Shown here: positions 50,450-58,821 of the stretch, piece after piece
How the letters are laid out: each line of letters begins with the position of its first letter
Numbering within the stretch: position 1 is the stretch's first letter
NCBI GenBank assembly: GCA_040218735.1
Contig: JAVJQW010000050.1
Coordinates: 96,001-160,000 of the forward strand
Length of the DNA stretch: 64,000 bases
From: Deltaproteobacteria bacterium
GTDB taxonomy: Bacteria; Myxococcota; Kuafuiibacteriia; Kuafuiibacteriales; Kuafuiibacteriaceae
Direction: 5' to 3'
Position numbers and translations under genes: made by a program
Notes under the pieces: generated by a model
What the model was told of the DNA's origin: nothing
Seen by the model: the letters and a program-made list of their open reading frames with translations, nothing else
The model's database searches: none

Positions 50450-50480
50450 GATTCTGGACCTCTCGTTCTTCGACCGGGGT

Positions 50481-50909
50481 TTAGTAGTTGGAGACCATCA
50501 TGGCGCGGCCGCGGATGTTGCCGACGACCTGGTCGAGCGCGGACAGCACCATGTGCATCCGCTTCTCCTTGGCGATGGCGTCGCGCGTCGCGACGGCCGG
50601 GCCGAGGTTCGTGGAGACGACGCGGCCGACCGCGGCGCGCATCGACGGGCCGTCGTGGTCGGTGACCTTCGCGAGGCGGAGGTGGTCGCCGGAGGTCAGC
50701 GAGCCCTGGAACTTCTCGACCGACTGCTCGAGGAAACCCGCGGCCTCGGCGGGCGCCACGGTGTCGACGTCGAGGCGGAGCGCTTCGATCTCGGCGATGT
50801 CGAGGGAGGCGTCGGCGTAGCCGCGGACCTCGGTCTGCTCGACGTCGAGGGAGACGTTCCGGATGAAGTTGGCGTCGAAGCCGTTGTTCAGGGTGGCGAC
50901 CGCAGACAT
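50481..50909 (-). CDS. Small T3SS-associated protein, SctX-like by position
   Basis: 142 aa, helical C-terminus; order X-TPR-sctV as in yscX-yscY-yscV. Call rests on synteny only. Confidence 0.45.
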   Translation of the reverse strand: MSAVATLNNGFDANFIRNVSLDVEQTEVRGYADASLDIAEIEALRLDVDTVAPAEAAGFLEQSVEKFQGSLTSGDHLRLAKVTDHDGPSMRAAVGRVVSTNLGPAVATRDAIAKEKRMHMVLSALDQVVGNIRGRAMMVSNY

Positions 50910-51099
50910 GCCCGAGGTTAGAGCAAGGGGTGTGCCGGGCTCGAAACGCAGGATTGTGGCGGTCGGAGCGGGCGGAGGAGGTGGAACAGTCGCGCGGGGT
51001 GCAACAACGGCAAGCGCCGCGATTGCGGAAACTGCAACCAGGCCGTTATCGGCCAGCAAGCTGGCCTGCGGCCCTTCGCTCACCTTCGGTTCGCTGCGT

Positions 51100-51152
51100 G
51101 GGCCCCCGAGGGGGGCCCTTTGCTGGGGAGGCACCGCCCAAGGAGTGGGCGG
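51100..51152 (-). terminator. Tandem GC-rich stem-loops downstream of the translocator-like gene
   Basis: GGGCCCCC-GAG-GGGGGCCC (51100-51118) and CCGCCCA-AGGAG-TGGGCGG (51134-51152); no clear U-tract. Confidence 0.45.
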
Positions 51153-51193
51153 GCGGGGGGAGAAGGGGCGCGAAGGCCCCCGGGGGGGGGCGG

Positions 51194-52198
51194 TTACGCC
51201 GTGCCCGACTTGTGCTTGTCCTGCTCGCCGGTGAGGCCCTGGGTGAGGATGTCGTCGATGGCGTTCTGGTGCTGGACGGCGAGGCTGTGGGCCTCGTCAC
51301 CGATCGCCTCGGTGTCGCCTTGGCTCTCGCGAGCCTTCGAACCGACCTCGCGGTGGTCCTCTGCGGCGCCGTCGAGGCCGATGCCGATGTTGCCGACGAA
51401 CTGCTGGAACGCGTCCTTCCACTTCTCGTCGAAGTGCTCGCCGAGCTTCTCGGCCTCCGTCTTGCGGTTGGCCCAGATGAAGTTCGCGACGTTCTCCTGC
51501 GACAGGCCGCTCTTGCGCTCCGCGACCGCCGACTCGGCCTCCTCTCGGGTGAAGCCCTGCGTCATGAGCTCGTTGACCGTACGGCGGTCCGCCTCGGCCT
51601 CGGAGAGCCCCTCCCCGATGAATCCCTCGCGGATCCCGCTGACGCGGTCTCGGCCGATCGAGAACAGCGATTCGGCCTCGTCCTCGGAGAAGTCCATGCC
51701 CTGGAGGTCCTCGATCGTTGCTTCGCGGGCCTCGGCCGGCGTCTTGCCGTCGGCGAGGTGCCCCTCGTACATGCGGTTGATCGAGTCGGAGTCGGACAGG
51801 ACCTCGATCTGGCGGTCGTTGAACCGCTCCCCGACGTTCCGGCCAGTGTCCCCGAGCTCCACGTCACGCAGCGCGGAGTCGTCGCCCCGCTGCGCGTCGC
51901 GGACGCCCTCTTGCAGCTGAGGCATCGCATCCGCGCGCTGCCCCTCTTCCTTGATGGTGGTGCCCATGTCGGCCCCGGCGCGCACCACGCTGACGGCCGA
52001 GTTCGCGACCTCGATCCAGCCCTTGGCGTCCGCGAGGCTGTTGGCCTGCTTCTGATGCGCGGCCTCGACCTCGATGGCGGCCTGCTCGGCCCGGTGCGAC
52101 GCTGCGCGCACCAGGTCGCTGGTCTTCTTGCTGTTGATCCCGTGCTCCAGCATCAGCTGGGCGATCTGGGCACCCATGGTGCCGCGAGAGATGGTCAT
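51194..52198 (-). CDS. Putative T3SS translocator-like/secreted helical protein
   Basis: Coiled coils, amphipathic WIEVANSAVSVV, C-terminal QHQNAIDDIL; strong AGGAG RBS; no signal peptide. Confidence 0.5.
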   Translation of the reverse strand: MTISRGTMGAQIAQLMLEHGINSKKTSDLVRAASHRAEQAAIEVEAAHQKQANSLADAKGWIEVANSAVSVVRAGADMGTTIKEEGQRADAMPQLQEGVRDAQRGDDSALRDVELGDTGRNVGERFNDRQIEVLSDSDSINRMYEGHLADGKTPAEAREATIEDLQGMDFSEDEAESLFSIGRDRVSGIREGFIGEGLSEAEADRRTVNELMTQGFTREEAESAVAERKSGLSQENVANFIWANRKTEAEKLGEHFDEKWKDAFQQFVGNIGIGLDGAAEDHREVGSKARESQGDTEAIGDEAHSLAVQHQNAIDDILTQGLTGEQDKHKSGTA

Positions 52199-52273
52199 CG
52201 GGTAGCTCCTCGAATTTCCTTCGTGTCGAGAGGAGCGCCGCCCGTCCTACGACAGGCGGCGCGTCAGGGGGCT

Positions 52274-52807
52274 CTAGAACCGGGCTCCGGTGGAGTCGAT
52301 GTCCTCGAGCAGCTCCTGGTACTTGTCGATCATCGCATCGAGGTCGTCGCCGGCCTCCTTCGACTCGTCCTTGGCGTCGTCGGCCTTCTCCTGCTCACGC
52401 TCGGCCTGCAGCTCCATCTGCGTGGCCTGCTCTTCCTTGGCCGCCGCCTGGTTCTCGAGCCCCTTGGCGATCATGGTGCCGATGAGGATGAGGATCGCGG
52501 CGACCACCGCGAGCGCCGCCGCGATGATCGGGCCGGCCGGCGGAGGCACGGTCGCAGCCACGATGGCCGCCGCCACCGACACGGCCGACGCGGCCGCCTG
52601 GAACGACGCGCGGACGTCTGCGGCCTCACCGCGGAGCGCCTGGGCCTCCGTGCGCAGGCCGGCCGCGTCCATCTTGTTGTCCTCGTACTTGCCGCGAGCC
52701 ACCTTGGACTCGTCCTTCTTCATCTCGGCCCACTCTTTTTTCTCCATCTGGAGAACCGCAATCATGTCCTGCAGTTGGCCGCTGAAGCCCAATCCGTTGA
52801 TGCTCAT
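52274..52807 (-). CDS. Putative hydrophobic translocator (mini SctE/SctB-like)
   Basis: Hydrophobic hairpin AASAVSVAAAIVAATVPPPAGPIIAAALAVVAAILILIG flanked by coiled coils; no signal peptide. Confidence 0.6.
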   Translation of the reverse strand: MSINGLGFSGQLQDMIAVLQMEKKEWAEMKKDESKVARGKYEDNKMDAAGLRTEAQALRGEAADVRASFQAAASAVSVAAAIVAATVPPPAGPIIAAALAVVAAILILIGTMIAKGLENQAAAKEEQATQMELQAEREQEKADDAKDESKEAGDDLDAMIDKYQELLEDIDSTGARF

Positions 52808-52846
52808 CTCGTCTCTCCTCGTCGGTCGTGTGGTGGCTCGGGGGGC

Positions 52847-53293
52847 CTAGATGCCCGTGTACCCGGTGCGGTTGATCTTCTGTTGAATGCTGCTGGTCGC
52901 GTCGACCTGTTCGCCCGCCTCTTCGAGCGCCTCGCGGGCGGACTCGAACTCCTCGAACGCACGGTCGGTGCGGATGTCGTTGCGCTCGATCTCCATCTCG
53001 AGGTCCCGCGCGCGGTTCTCGTCGCCGTTGTTGGCCCAGCCGCCGATGGCCTCGCCGATCGCGGTGCCGATGAGGAAGCCGCCGAAGATGCTCCCGAAGA
53101 GGGCGCCCATGCGCTTCGTCTCGGAGGCAGCGTGCTCCTTCTCGATCTTCTCGAGCCGGTTCGTGTAGCCCGCCTCGACCTCGGCCTCGTGGTTGTCGAG
53201 GGCGTCTTCCATCGCCTCGCGCGCACCTTCCTGCTTGGCGAAGTTCGCCTCCATGCGAATCGCGCTCAGGTTGCTCACTCCGTTCAGTCCCAT
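52847..53293 (-). CDS. Putative translocator-like protein with glycine-zipper segment
   Basis: GALFGSIFGGFLIGTAIGEAIGG between coiled coils. Confidence 0.55.
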   Translation of the reverse strand: MGLNGVSNLSAIRMEANFAKQEGAREAMEDALDNHEAEVEAGYTNRLEKIEKEHAASETKRMGALFGSIFGGFLIGTAIGEAIGGWANNGDENRARDLEMEIERNDIRTDRAFEEFESAREALEEAGEQVDATSSIQQKINRTGYTGI

Positions 53294-53350
53294 CTTCGTT
53301 CTCCTCTTTCGGGCCTGCGTTTGCGGCCAAAGTTCGTTGCGTCAGACATG

Positions 53351-53366
53351 AGCAACCGGTGTGCCA
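53351..53366 (-). promoter_or_regulatory. Sigma54 (-24/-12) promoter for the leftward translocator/sctV operon
   Basis: Minus strand reads TGGCAC-ACCGG-TTGCT, matching consensus TGGCAC-N5-TTGC; 58 bp upstream of the start. Confidence 0.8.
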
Positions 53367-53580
53367 CCCGCGAAAACGTGGGGCCGTGAAGCGAGCGTTT
53401 TCGACGCTCCCATACAGATGAGCAAAACCGAGCTTCGCGCGGCGCGCGGATCAGCAGCTCGGGGACGTGATTGCAGAAAGGGTCACTCGGCTTCGGCGAT
53501 CGAGTTGCACAAACCGCAAACCGACGACGCCTCGAGGTGCGATCGAACCGCGAACCCCCCTCGAAACGGCGATCCAGCGT

Positions 53581-53596
53581 TGGCACGCAGGTTGAA
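53581..53596 (+). promoter_or_regulatory. Sigma54-like promoter for the rightward filament/effector operon
   Basis: TGGCAC-GCAGG-TTGAA (one mismatch at -12); 57 bp upstream of the ATG, which has an AGGAG RBS. Confidence 0.6.
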
Positions 53597-53652
53597 ATAC
53601 GACTCAGACATCAACAACGCGCCGGCAACGGCCACCCAGTAGGAGAAAGAAA

Positions 53653-54162
53653 ATGAACAACGGAATCAACGCACTCATCGCCGTCACCCAGATGAAGGTC
53701 CACAACTCGAACGACGCCGCCATGTCCGCCGCCGACCAGCAGCGCGACCTCGTCCGCAAGCAGCAGCTCGTGCGCGCCGCGCAGGACAAGCTCAACCAGC
53801 TCGTGTCGGACGGCAACTACTCGACCGACGACATGAACGACAACTACCAGAACTTCCTCTTCCTCGAGGACAACGGCATCGACGTCGGCGACACGACCGC
53901 CACGAACGGCCGCTTCACGAAGTACAACGACGGCACGATCGACTCGGCCGGCGACAACGCGCAGAAGCAGCAGAGCGAGGTCGTCGACGGCCTGAAGCAG
54001 GCCCTCGAAGGCGCCATGAAGGACCTCGAGAACCAGGACCGCATGGGCAACTTCAACATCCAGCGCCTGATGTCGCAGTACAACCAGAGCGAGCAGCTCT
54101 CCTCGTCCGTCCAGAAGAAGGTCGACGACACGGCGAGCGCCATCATCGGCAAGGTGGGCTGA
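53653..54162 (+). CDS. T3SS filament/tip-like protein (EspA/SseB/Bsp22-like C-terminal helix)
   Basis: C-terminus NIQRLMSQYNQSEQLSSSVQKKVDDTASAIIGKVG fits the polymerising-helix pattern of needle/filament subunits; highly biased codon usage. Confidence 0.65.
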   Translation: MNNGINALIAVTQMKVHNSNDAAMSAADQQRDLVRKQQLVRAAQDKLNQLVSDGNYSTDDMNDNYQNFLFLEDNGIDVGDTTATNGRFTKYNDGTIDSAGDNAQKQQSEVVDGLKQALEGAMKDLENQDRMGNFNIQRLMSQYNQSEQLSSSVQKKVDDTASAIIGKVG

Positions 54163-54208
54163 GCCCCTGAGGCCGAACGCTTCCTAGAGCACGAAACGGA
54201 GAACGACA

Positions 54209-54655
54209 ATGACCAGCGGTATCTCATACGTCCAAGACATGGTGGCTCTGAGCGCTTCCGAAGGCGCGAGCATCAAGACCGAGGACGGCAAGGACAAGAT
54301 CGAGACCGGCGAGAAGAAGCGCAAGGAACTCGAGCAAAAGATCCAAGCCAAGATGGAAGAGATCGACGACCTCTCCAAAGAGCTCGAGGAGGCATCGGAC
54401 AAGAGCGGCTTCGAGAGCTTCTGTTGTTGGCTCGTCGGCAGCGACGGCGGCGTCAGCGACCTGCAGCGGGACATTTCGACCGCGCAGGCCGAGATGCAGA
54501 AGGCACAGGAGAACTTGAAGGTCGAGCAGGCGCGTTTGGAGATGGAGCTTCAGGAGCTGCAGGCGGCGTACGGCGAGTTCGACGACCGCAGCTCCGGCTC
54601 GAAGGAGATTCAGGACGAGGCCGACAAGACGGTCGCGATGGCCTGGGCCGACTGA
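54209..54655 (+). CDS. Coiled-coil hypothetical protein, T3SS-associated
   Basis: Two coiled coils around SGFESFCCWLVG. Confidence 0.5.
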   Translation: MTSGISYVQDMVALSASEGASIKTEDGKDKIETGEKKRKELEQKIQAKMEEIDDLSKELEEASDKSGFESFCCWLVGSDGGVSDLQRDISTAQAEMQKAQENLKVEQARLEMELQELQAAYGEFDDRSSGSKEIQDEADKTVAMAWAD

Positions 54656-54736
54656 ATCGACGGACCGACGCCAGTCCGCGCTCTGGGTGGCGCGGACTGG
54701 CTGCGGCGTCTTTCGAACGAAGAAGGAACAACGACG

Positions 54737-55201
54737 ATGAAACTGATCGAAGAGCTGGTGGCCCGCGCGACGGCCGCAGAAAAGAAAGCCGGCGACCTCG
54801 CCGAGCAACAGGCGAACGTGCTCGCGCGCCAGCAGGCGTATGACAAGCTGCAGTCGCTCTTCGACGGTGCCGCCGCGGACGGTCAGCTGTCCGCGGAGGA
54901 GCTCGAGAGCCTGATGAAGGGCTTCCGCGACGCGGGCCTCGACACCAGCGAGCTCGAGAAGCTCTACGACGATGTGAAGAACATGGACTCCACGCAGGGC
55001 GCGGACGTCACCAACGAGCTGCGAAACGCGATCTTCGACCAGATTCACGAAGCGCGCATCGAGGCCGACACGGACCCGTTCTTTCACTTCAACGCGCAGC
55101 AAGTGATGTCGGAGCACCACCAGGCGATGGACCTGGCGGCGCGGGTCTCCAAGGCGGAGCACGACATGTACATGACGGCGGTCCGCAACCTGGTCGCTTG
55201 A
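54737..55201 (+). CDS. Second filament/needle/rod-like T3SS protein
   Basis: C-terminus FNAQQVMSEHHQAMDLAARVSKAEHDMYMTAVRNLVA parallels the 53653 protein. Confidence 0.55.
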   Translation: MKLIEELVARATAAEKKAGDLAEQQANVLARQQAYDKLQSLFDGAAADGQLSAEELESLMKGFRDAGLDTSELEKLYDDVKNMDSTQGADVTNELRNAIFDQIHEARIEADTDPFFHFNAQQVMSEHHQAMDLAARVSKAEHDMYMTAVRNLVA

Positions 55202-55267
55202 GGATGAACACGGTGTCGCCCGCGAATCACGCGGCGCGGGCGACGGAGACGATGAGAGGCACGACTC

Positions 55268-56203
55268 ATGCTCGGTAACGGTTCTGCAGGCGCTGGATTC
55301 AATCGTACCGCGGTCGGGATCCGCGGGCTGACTACGGTCACCCCGACGACCACCAACCGCTCTCAGAAGAAGAAGAAGACCGAAGACGGCGGACGGATCG
55401 ATCGCGTCGACCGCGACGACGAGTCCAACGCGATGCTCATGGAGTTCGCGGAGCCGGAAGAGGACGAAAAAGAAGAAAAGCTGGCGGCCCCGGCCGGGCA
55501 CAGCACCTCGATGGTGCGGTTCACGGACGACGCGTTCCGGACCGACAAAGCCGGCCGCCAGATCCCCCCGACCTTCTCCGACGTCGACCAGGGCAACCTG
55601 GGCGACGCGTGGCTGCTCGCGTCGTGCGCGGCCGTCGCGCACGCGAAGCCGACGGCGCTCCTGAAGCGCATCCGTCGCAACCTCAACGACTCCTGGACCA
55701 TCAAGCTCGGCAAGGACGAGTACCGGGTCGAGCCCGAGTTCCCGAACGAGGGTTACGCGGACCCGATGCCCAACGGTCAGAACGACACGCTGTGGGTCGC
55801 GCTCGTCGAGAAGGCGTTCGCGCAGGCCTCGGCCGAGTCGTACGCGAACCTCGAGTGCGGCAACCCCGCGCGCGCGCTCGACCTGCTCACCGGCCGGCGC
55901 GCACGTCGTCAGACGATCACCGCGACGCTGCCGCCCGAGCTCGTCTTCGAGCGCCTGCAGGAAGGCCGTCGCGCCTCCGCGCCGATGGTCGTACGCACGC
56001 ACGTCGCGCGCGTCGGCAAGCCGCTCACCGGCGACCACTACTACGCCGTGCTCGACGCCTACGAAAAGGACGGCGTCAAACACGTGCGCCTCTACAACCC
56101 GTGGGGCACCAAGTCCAACAGCCGCCCGCTGGAGGAAGTGATGCACGACGTGACGCTCGACGCGCTGCTCAACGACTGCGACGCGCTGTTCATCGGCGGC
56201 TGA
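55268..56203 (+). CDS. Calpain-like (peptidase C2) domain protein, catalytic Cys replaced by Ala
   Basis: DVDQGNLGDAWLLAS, LWVALVEKAFA, HYYAV, VRLYNPWG. Confidence 0.8.
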   Translation: MLGNGSAGAGFNRTAVGIRGLTTVTPTTTNRSQKKKKTEDGGRIDRVDRDDESNAMLMEFAEPEEDEKEEKLAAPAGHSTSMVRFTDDAFRTDKAGRQIPPTFSDVDQGNLGDAWLLASCAAVAHAKPTALLKRIRRNLNDSWTIKLGKDEYRVEPEFPNEGYADPMPNGQNDTLWVALVEKAFAQASAESYANLECGNPARALDLLTGRRARRQTITATLPPELVFERLQEGRRASAPMVVRTHVARVGKPLTGDHYYAVLDAYEKDGVKHVRLYNPWGTKSNSRPLEEVMHDVTLDALLNDCDALFIGG

Positions 56204-56213
56204 GGAGACCACC

Positions 56214-56984
56214 ATGGCGATCGAACAAACCCAGAGCCAGCTCTCGACGGCCAGCGCGATCCAGGCGGCGATCTTCGCCGCGAAGGACGGCGACATCATC
56301 CACGTCGCCCCCGGCCGCATCCAAGGGCGCCTCGTCATCGACCGCCCCCTCACGCTGCGCGGCTCCGGCCCGGACAGCACGGTGATCGACGGCCGCGGCC
56401 GCGGAACGACGATCGCCGTCGAGGCGTTCAACGGTCAGGTCCGCATCGAGGAGATGTCGATCGTCGGCGGGCGCGCGCAGAGCGGCGGCGCCATCGCGAT
56501 CGAGAACGGCTGCGAAGTCCACGTCGTCGGCTGCCTCATCGAGAAGAACACCGCGAAGACCGGGCGCGGCGGCGCGATCGCCATCGACCGCGGCCAGCTC
56601 TTCGTCACCGAATGCACGATCGTCGACAACCAGGCGTTCGCCGGCGGCGCGATCTTCGCGGGCGGCGACGCCAAGGTGGAGATCGCCGCGACGATCGTCG
56701 CGCACAACTTCGCGGTGCGCGGCGGCGCGCTCGCGATCACCGACGGCGCCGAAGTCGACGTGTACACCTGTCGCTTCGAAGGCAACTCCGCGGAGCTCGA
56801 GGGACACCACGTCTACACCTACGGCGCGTACCGAACGCGCCCGCTCGTGCTGCTCTCCAACGCCGTCCTCGACACGGCCCCCGGGGGCCTCCCGATCTCG
56901 AACCACTATCGATTCGCCGCGTCGGTGGCGATCGACAACTCGGCCGTCGAACGTGAAGTCGCGGCGCCGCGCGTGGTGGGCTGA
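56214..56984 (+). CDS. Right-handed beta-helix protein with GGAI repeats
   Basis: GDIIHVAPG, TVIDG, repeated N.A..GGAI/GGAL. Confidence 0.75.
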   Translation: MAIEQTQSQLSTASAIQAAIFAAKDGDIIHVAPGRIQGRLVIDRPLTLRGSGPDSTVIDGRGRGTTIAVEAFNGQVRIEEMSIVGGRAQSGGAIAIENGCEVHVVGCLIEKNTAKTGRGGAIAIDRGQLFVTECTIVDNQAFAGGAIFAGGDAKVEIAATIVAHNFAVRGGALAITDGAEVDVYTCRFEGNSAELEGHHVYTYGAYRTRPLVLLSNAVLDTAPGGLPISNHYRFAASVAIDNSAVEREVAAPRVVG

Positions 56985-58231
56985 TGGTCAGCGTGCCGCG
57001 CGCGCCGGCGAATTGGTCTCCGACCAACGTCGGCTACATCGTCGTCGACGAGCTCCCGCAGGCCCTCGTCGGCGATCTCGCGGACGCCGGCGTATCGGAG
57101 GAGGACCTCCGCGAGCTGGCCGGACGTGACGGTGTCATCCGCGGCGCGGACGAGCTCGAGAATCTATTCAGTCGAATCGACGAACCGTCGCGCGCGCTCG
57201 TCGCCGTCAACGGCCGTTCGCTGTTCGACGCCCTCCGCGCGCAGGTCGACCGAAACCGCCAGCGCGCCGACGACCGCGGTGGCCGTCGCTTCCTCTTCGA
57301 CCCCGTGCTGGTCGACGTCCTCGAAGGCGGCCCCTCGCTCGGGCCGCGCTCCAACGCGGAGTCCGTCTATCGCGTCGAACAGGCCCTCTCGGATCTCGGG
57401 CTCATGGCGTCGGCCGACGTCGACGGCGACTACGACGCCAAGACCATGGAGGCCGTCGAGCGCTTCCAGCTCGAAGCCGACCTCCCGATCACCAGCCGCG
57501 TCGACGCCCCCACGCTCGGTGCGCTGATCGCCCTCGCCCCGCCGCCCGGCTCGCGCCTCGTTCGCCTCCCCGAGTACGCGCGCATGGCGCGCGGCGACAA
57601 CGTGCAGGTCACCGTCGCCCTCGGCGCAGGCGACCGCCCCTCGACGCGGATGCGCGCCGAAGCGGAGCTCGTCTCGGGGCTCCTCGAGCGCGGCTACTCG
57701 CGGGTGAGCGGCGACGACGTCGCCACGCTCGAAGCCCTCGGCCTCCCGGGCCGCGATCCCCACGTCGACATCTGGACCGCCCCCGGCACCACGCTGTTCG
57801 TGGTGATGCCCGACGACTCGGCGCCGGAGCGCATCGCGACGTCGCGCGCGGCGGAGGCGTCGGACGCCGTCCTGTTCGCGGGGAAGCGCTTCACGATCGG
57901 GGAGTCGCACCGGTCACGCACCGGCCTGCGCGCACGCTCGCCGGCGCGCCCGAGCACCAACGCACCCGACTACCAGCTCGTCTGTGTCAGCGGCTGCGGC
58001 GCCGACGCCGCGGCGGAGGACCGCCTCCTCGCCCGGACCTCCGTCGACACCGATCTGTTCAGCTCCGCCGGAGCGACCTCGGAGCGCGCGCGCGCCCGGG
58101 AGGTGCTCGGGTTCCTCGACGTCATCGCGCGCCAGGGGAGCACCGACGATCTCGCGGCCGTCCTCGGTCGCACGGCCGCAACGGAGCGCGGTTTCCTCTC
58201 GAACCGATCGAACGTGACGGAGGCCCTGTAA
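56984..58231 (+). CDS. Peptidoglycan-binding domain protein
   Basis: VEQALSDLG...VDGDYDAKTMEAVERFQ...L.ITSRVDAPT (PG_binding_1). Confidence 0.7.
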   Translation: MVSVPRAPANWSPTNVGYIVVDELPQALVGDLADAGVSEEDLRELAGRDGVIRGADELENLFSRIDEPSRALVAVNGRSLFDALRAQVDRNRQRADDRGGRRFLFDPVLVDVLEGGPSLGPRSNAESVYRVEQALSDLGLMASADVDGDYDAKTMEAVERFQLEADLPITSRVDAPTLGALIALAPPPGSRLVRLPEYARMARGDNVQVTVALGAGDRPSTRMRAEAELVSGLLERGYSRVSGDDVATLEALGLPGRDPHVDIWTAPGTTLFVVMPDDSAPERIATSRAAEASDAVLFAGKRFTIGESHRSRTGLRARSPARPSTNAPDYQLVCVSGCGADAAAEDRLLARTSVDTDLFSSAGATSERARAREVLGFLDVIARQGSTDDLAAVLGRTAATERGFLSNRSNVTEAL

Positions 58232-58821
58232 TGGTCGCCATCGCGCCCGACGTTCGGTCCGCCCTCGCCGTGCTCCAGGACGACCGCGCCTCGGAGGCGG
58301 AGCGCATCCGCGCCGTCACGATCGTGTCGGACTTCGGGGGCTCCGGGATCGTCTTCCCCCTCGCCGTCGAGTACGCGGCGGCGGACGGGTCCCTCAAGAC
58401 CACCCTCGCCTACGCGCTGGGGCGCCTGGACGCGACCTCGGTGCTCGCGTCGGAGCTCGCCTACGGCGACGCCCGCACCCGCGCGCGCGCCGCGGAGCTG
58501 TTGTCGCTGTTCAACGAAGACGCCGCGACCCGGGCGCTCGTCGGCGCGCTGCGGGACCCGGACACCGACGTGCGCATCAACGCTGCGTACGCGCTGGGGG
58601 ACCACCAGGACCCATCGACGCTCACCGCCCTCACCGAGGGCATGAGGTCCGACACCGTCCCCGCGGTGCGCAGCGCATGTGCGCTCGCCCTCGCCGCCCT
58701 CCCCGGCCCCGGCGCGCGCGCCGCGCTGGAGACCGCGGCCCAGCACGAAGACGTGGTCTCCGTCATCATCCTGATCGAGCGCGCCATCCAGCGTCGCATC
58801 GACCGCGGCGAAGCCGAGTAG
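58231..58821 (+). CDS. HEAT-repeat protein
   Basis: LRDPDTDVRINAAYALG, VRSACALAL. Confidence 0.75.
   Translation: MVAIAPDVRSALAVLQDDRASEAERIRAVTIVSDFGGSGIVFPLAVEYAAADGSLKTTLAYALGRLDATSVLASELAYGDARTRARAAELLSLFNEDAATRALVGALRDPDTDVRINAAYALGDHQDPSTLTALTEGMRSDTVPAVRSACALALAALPGPGARAALETAAQHEDVVSVIILIERAIQRRIDRGEAE

Noticed and set aside
50481-51134. 217-aa version of the SctX-like ORF
   Set aside because: The extension is Pro-rich, starts at a weak codon and runs through hairpins; ATG 50909 is more plausible.
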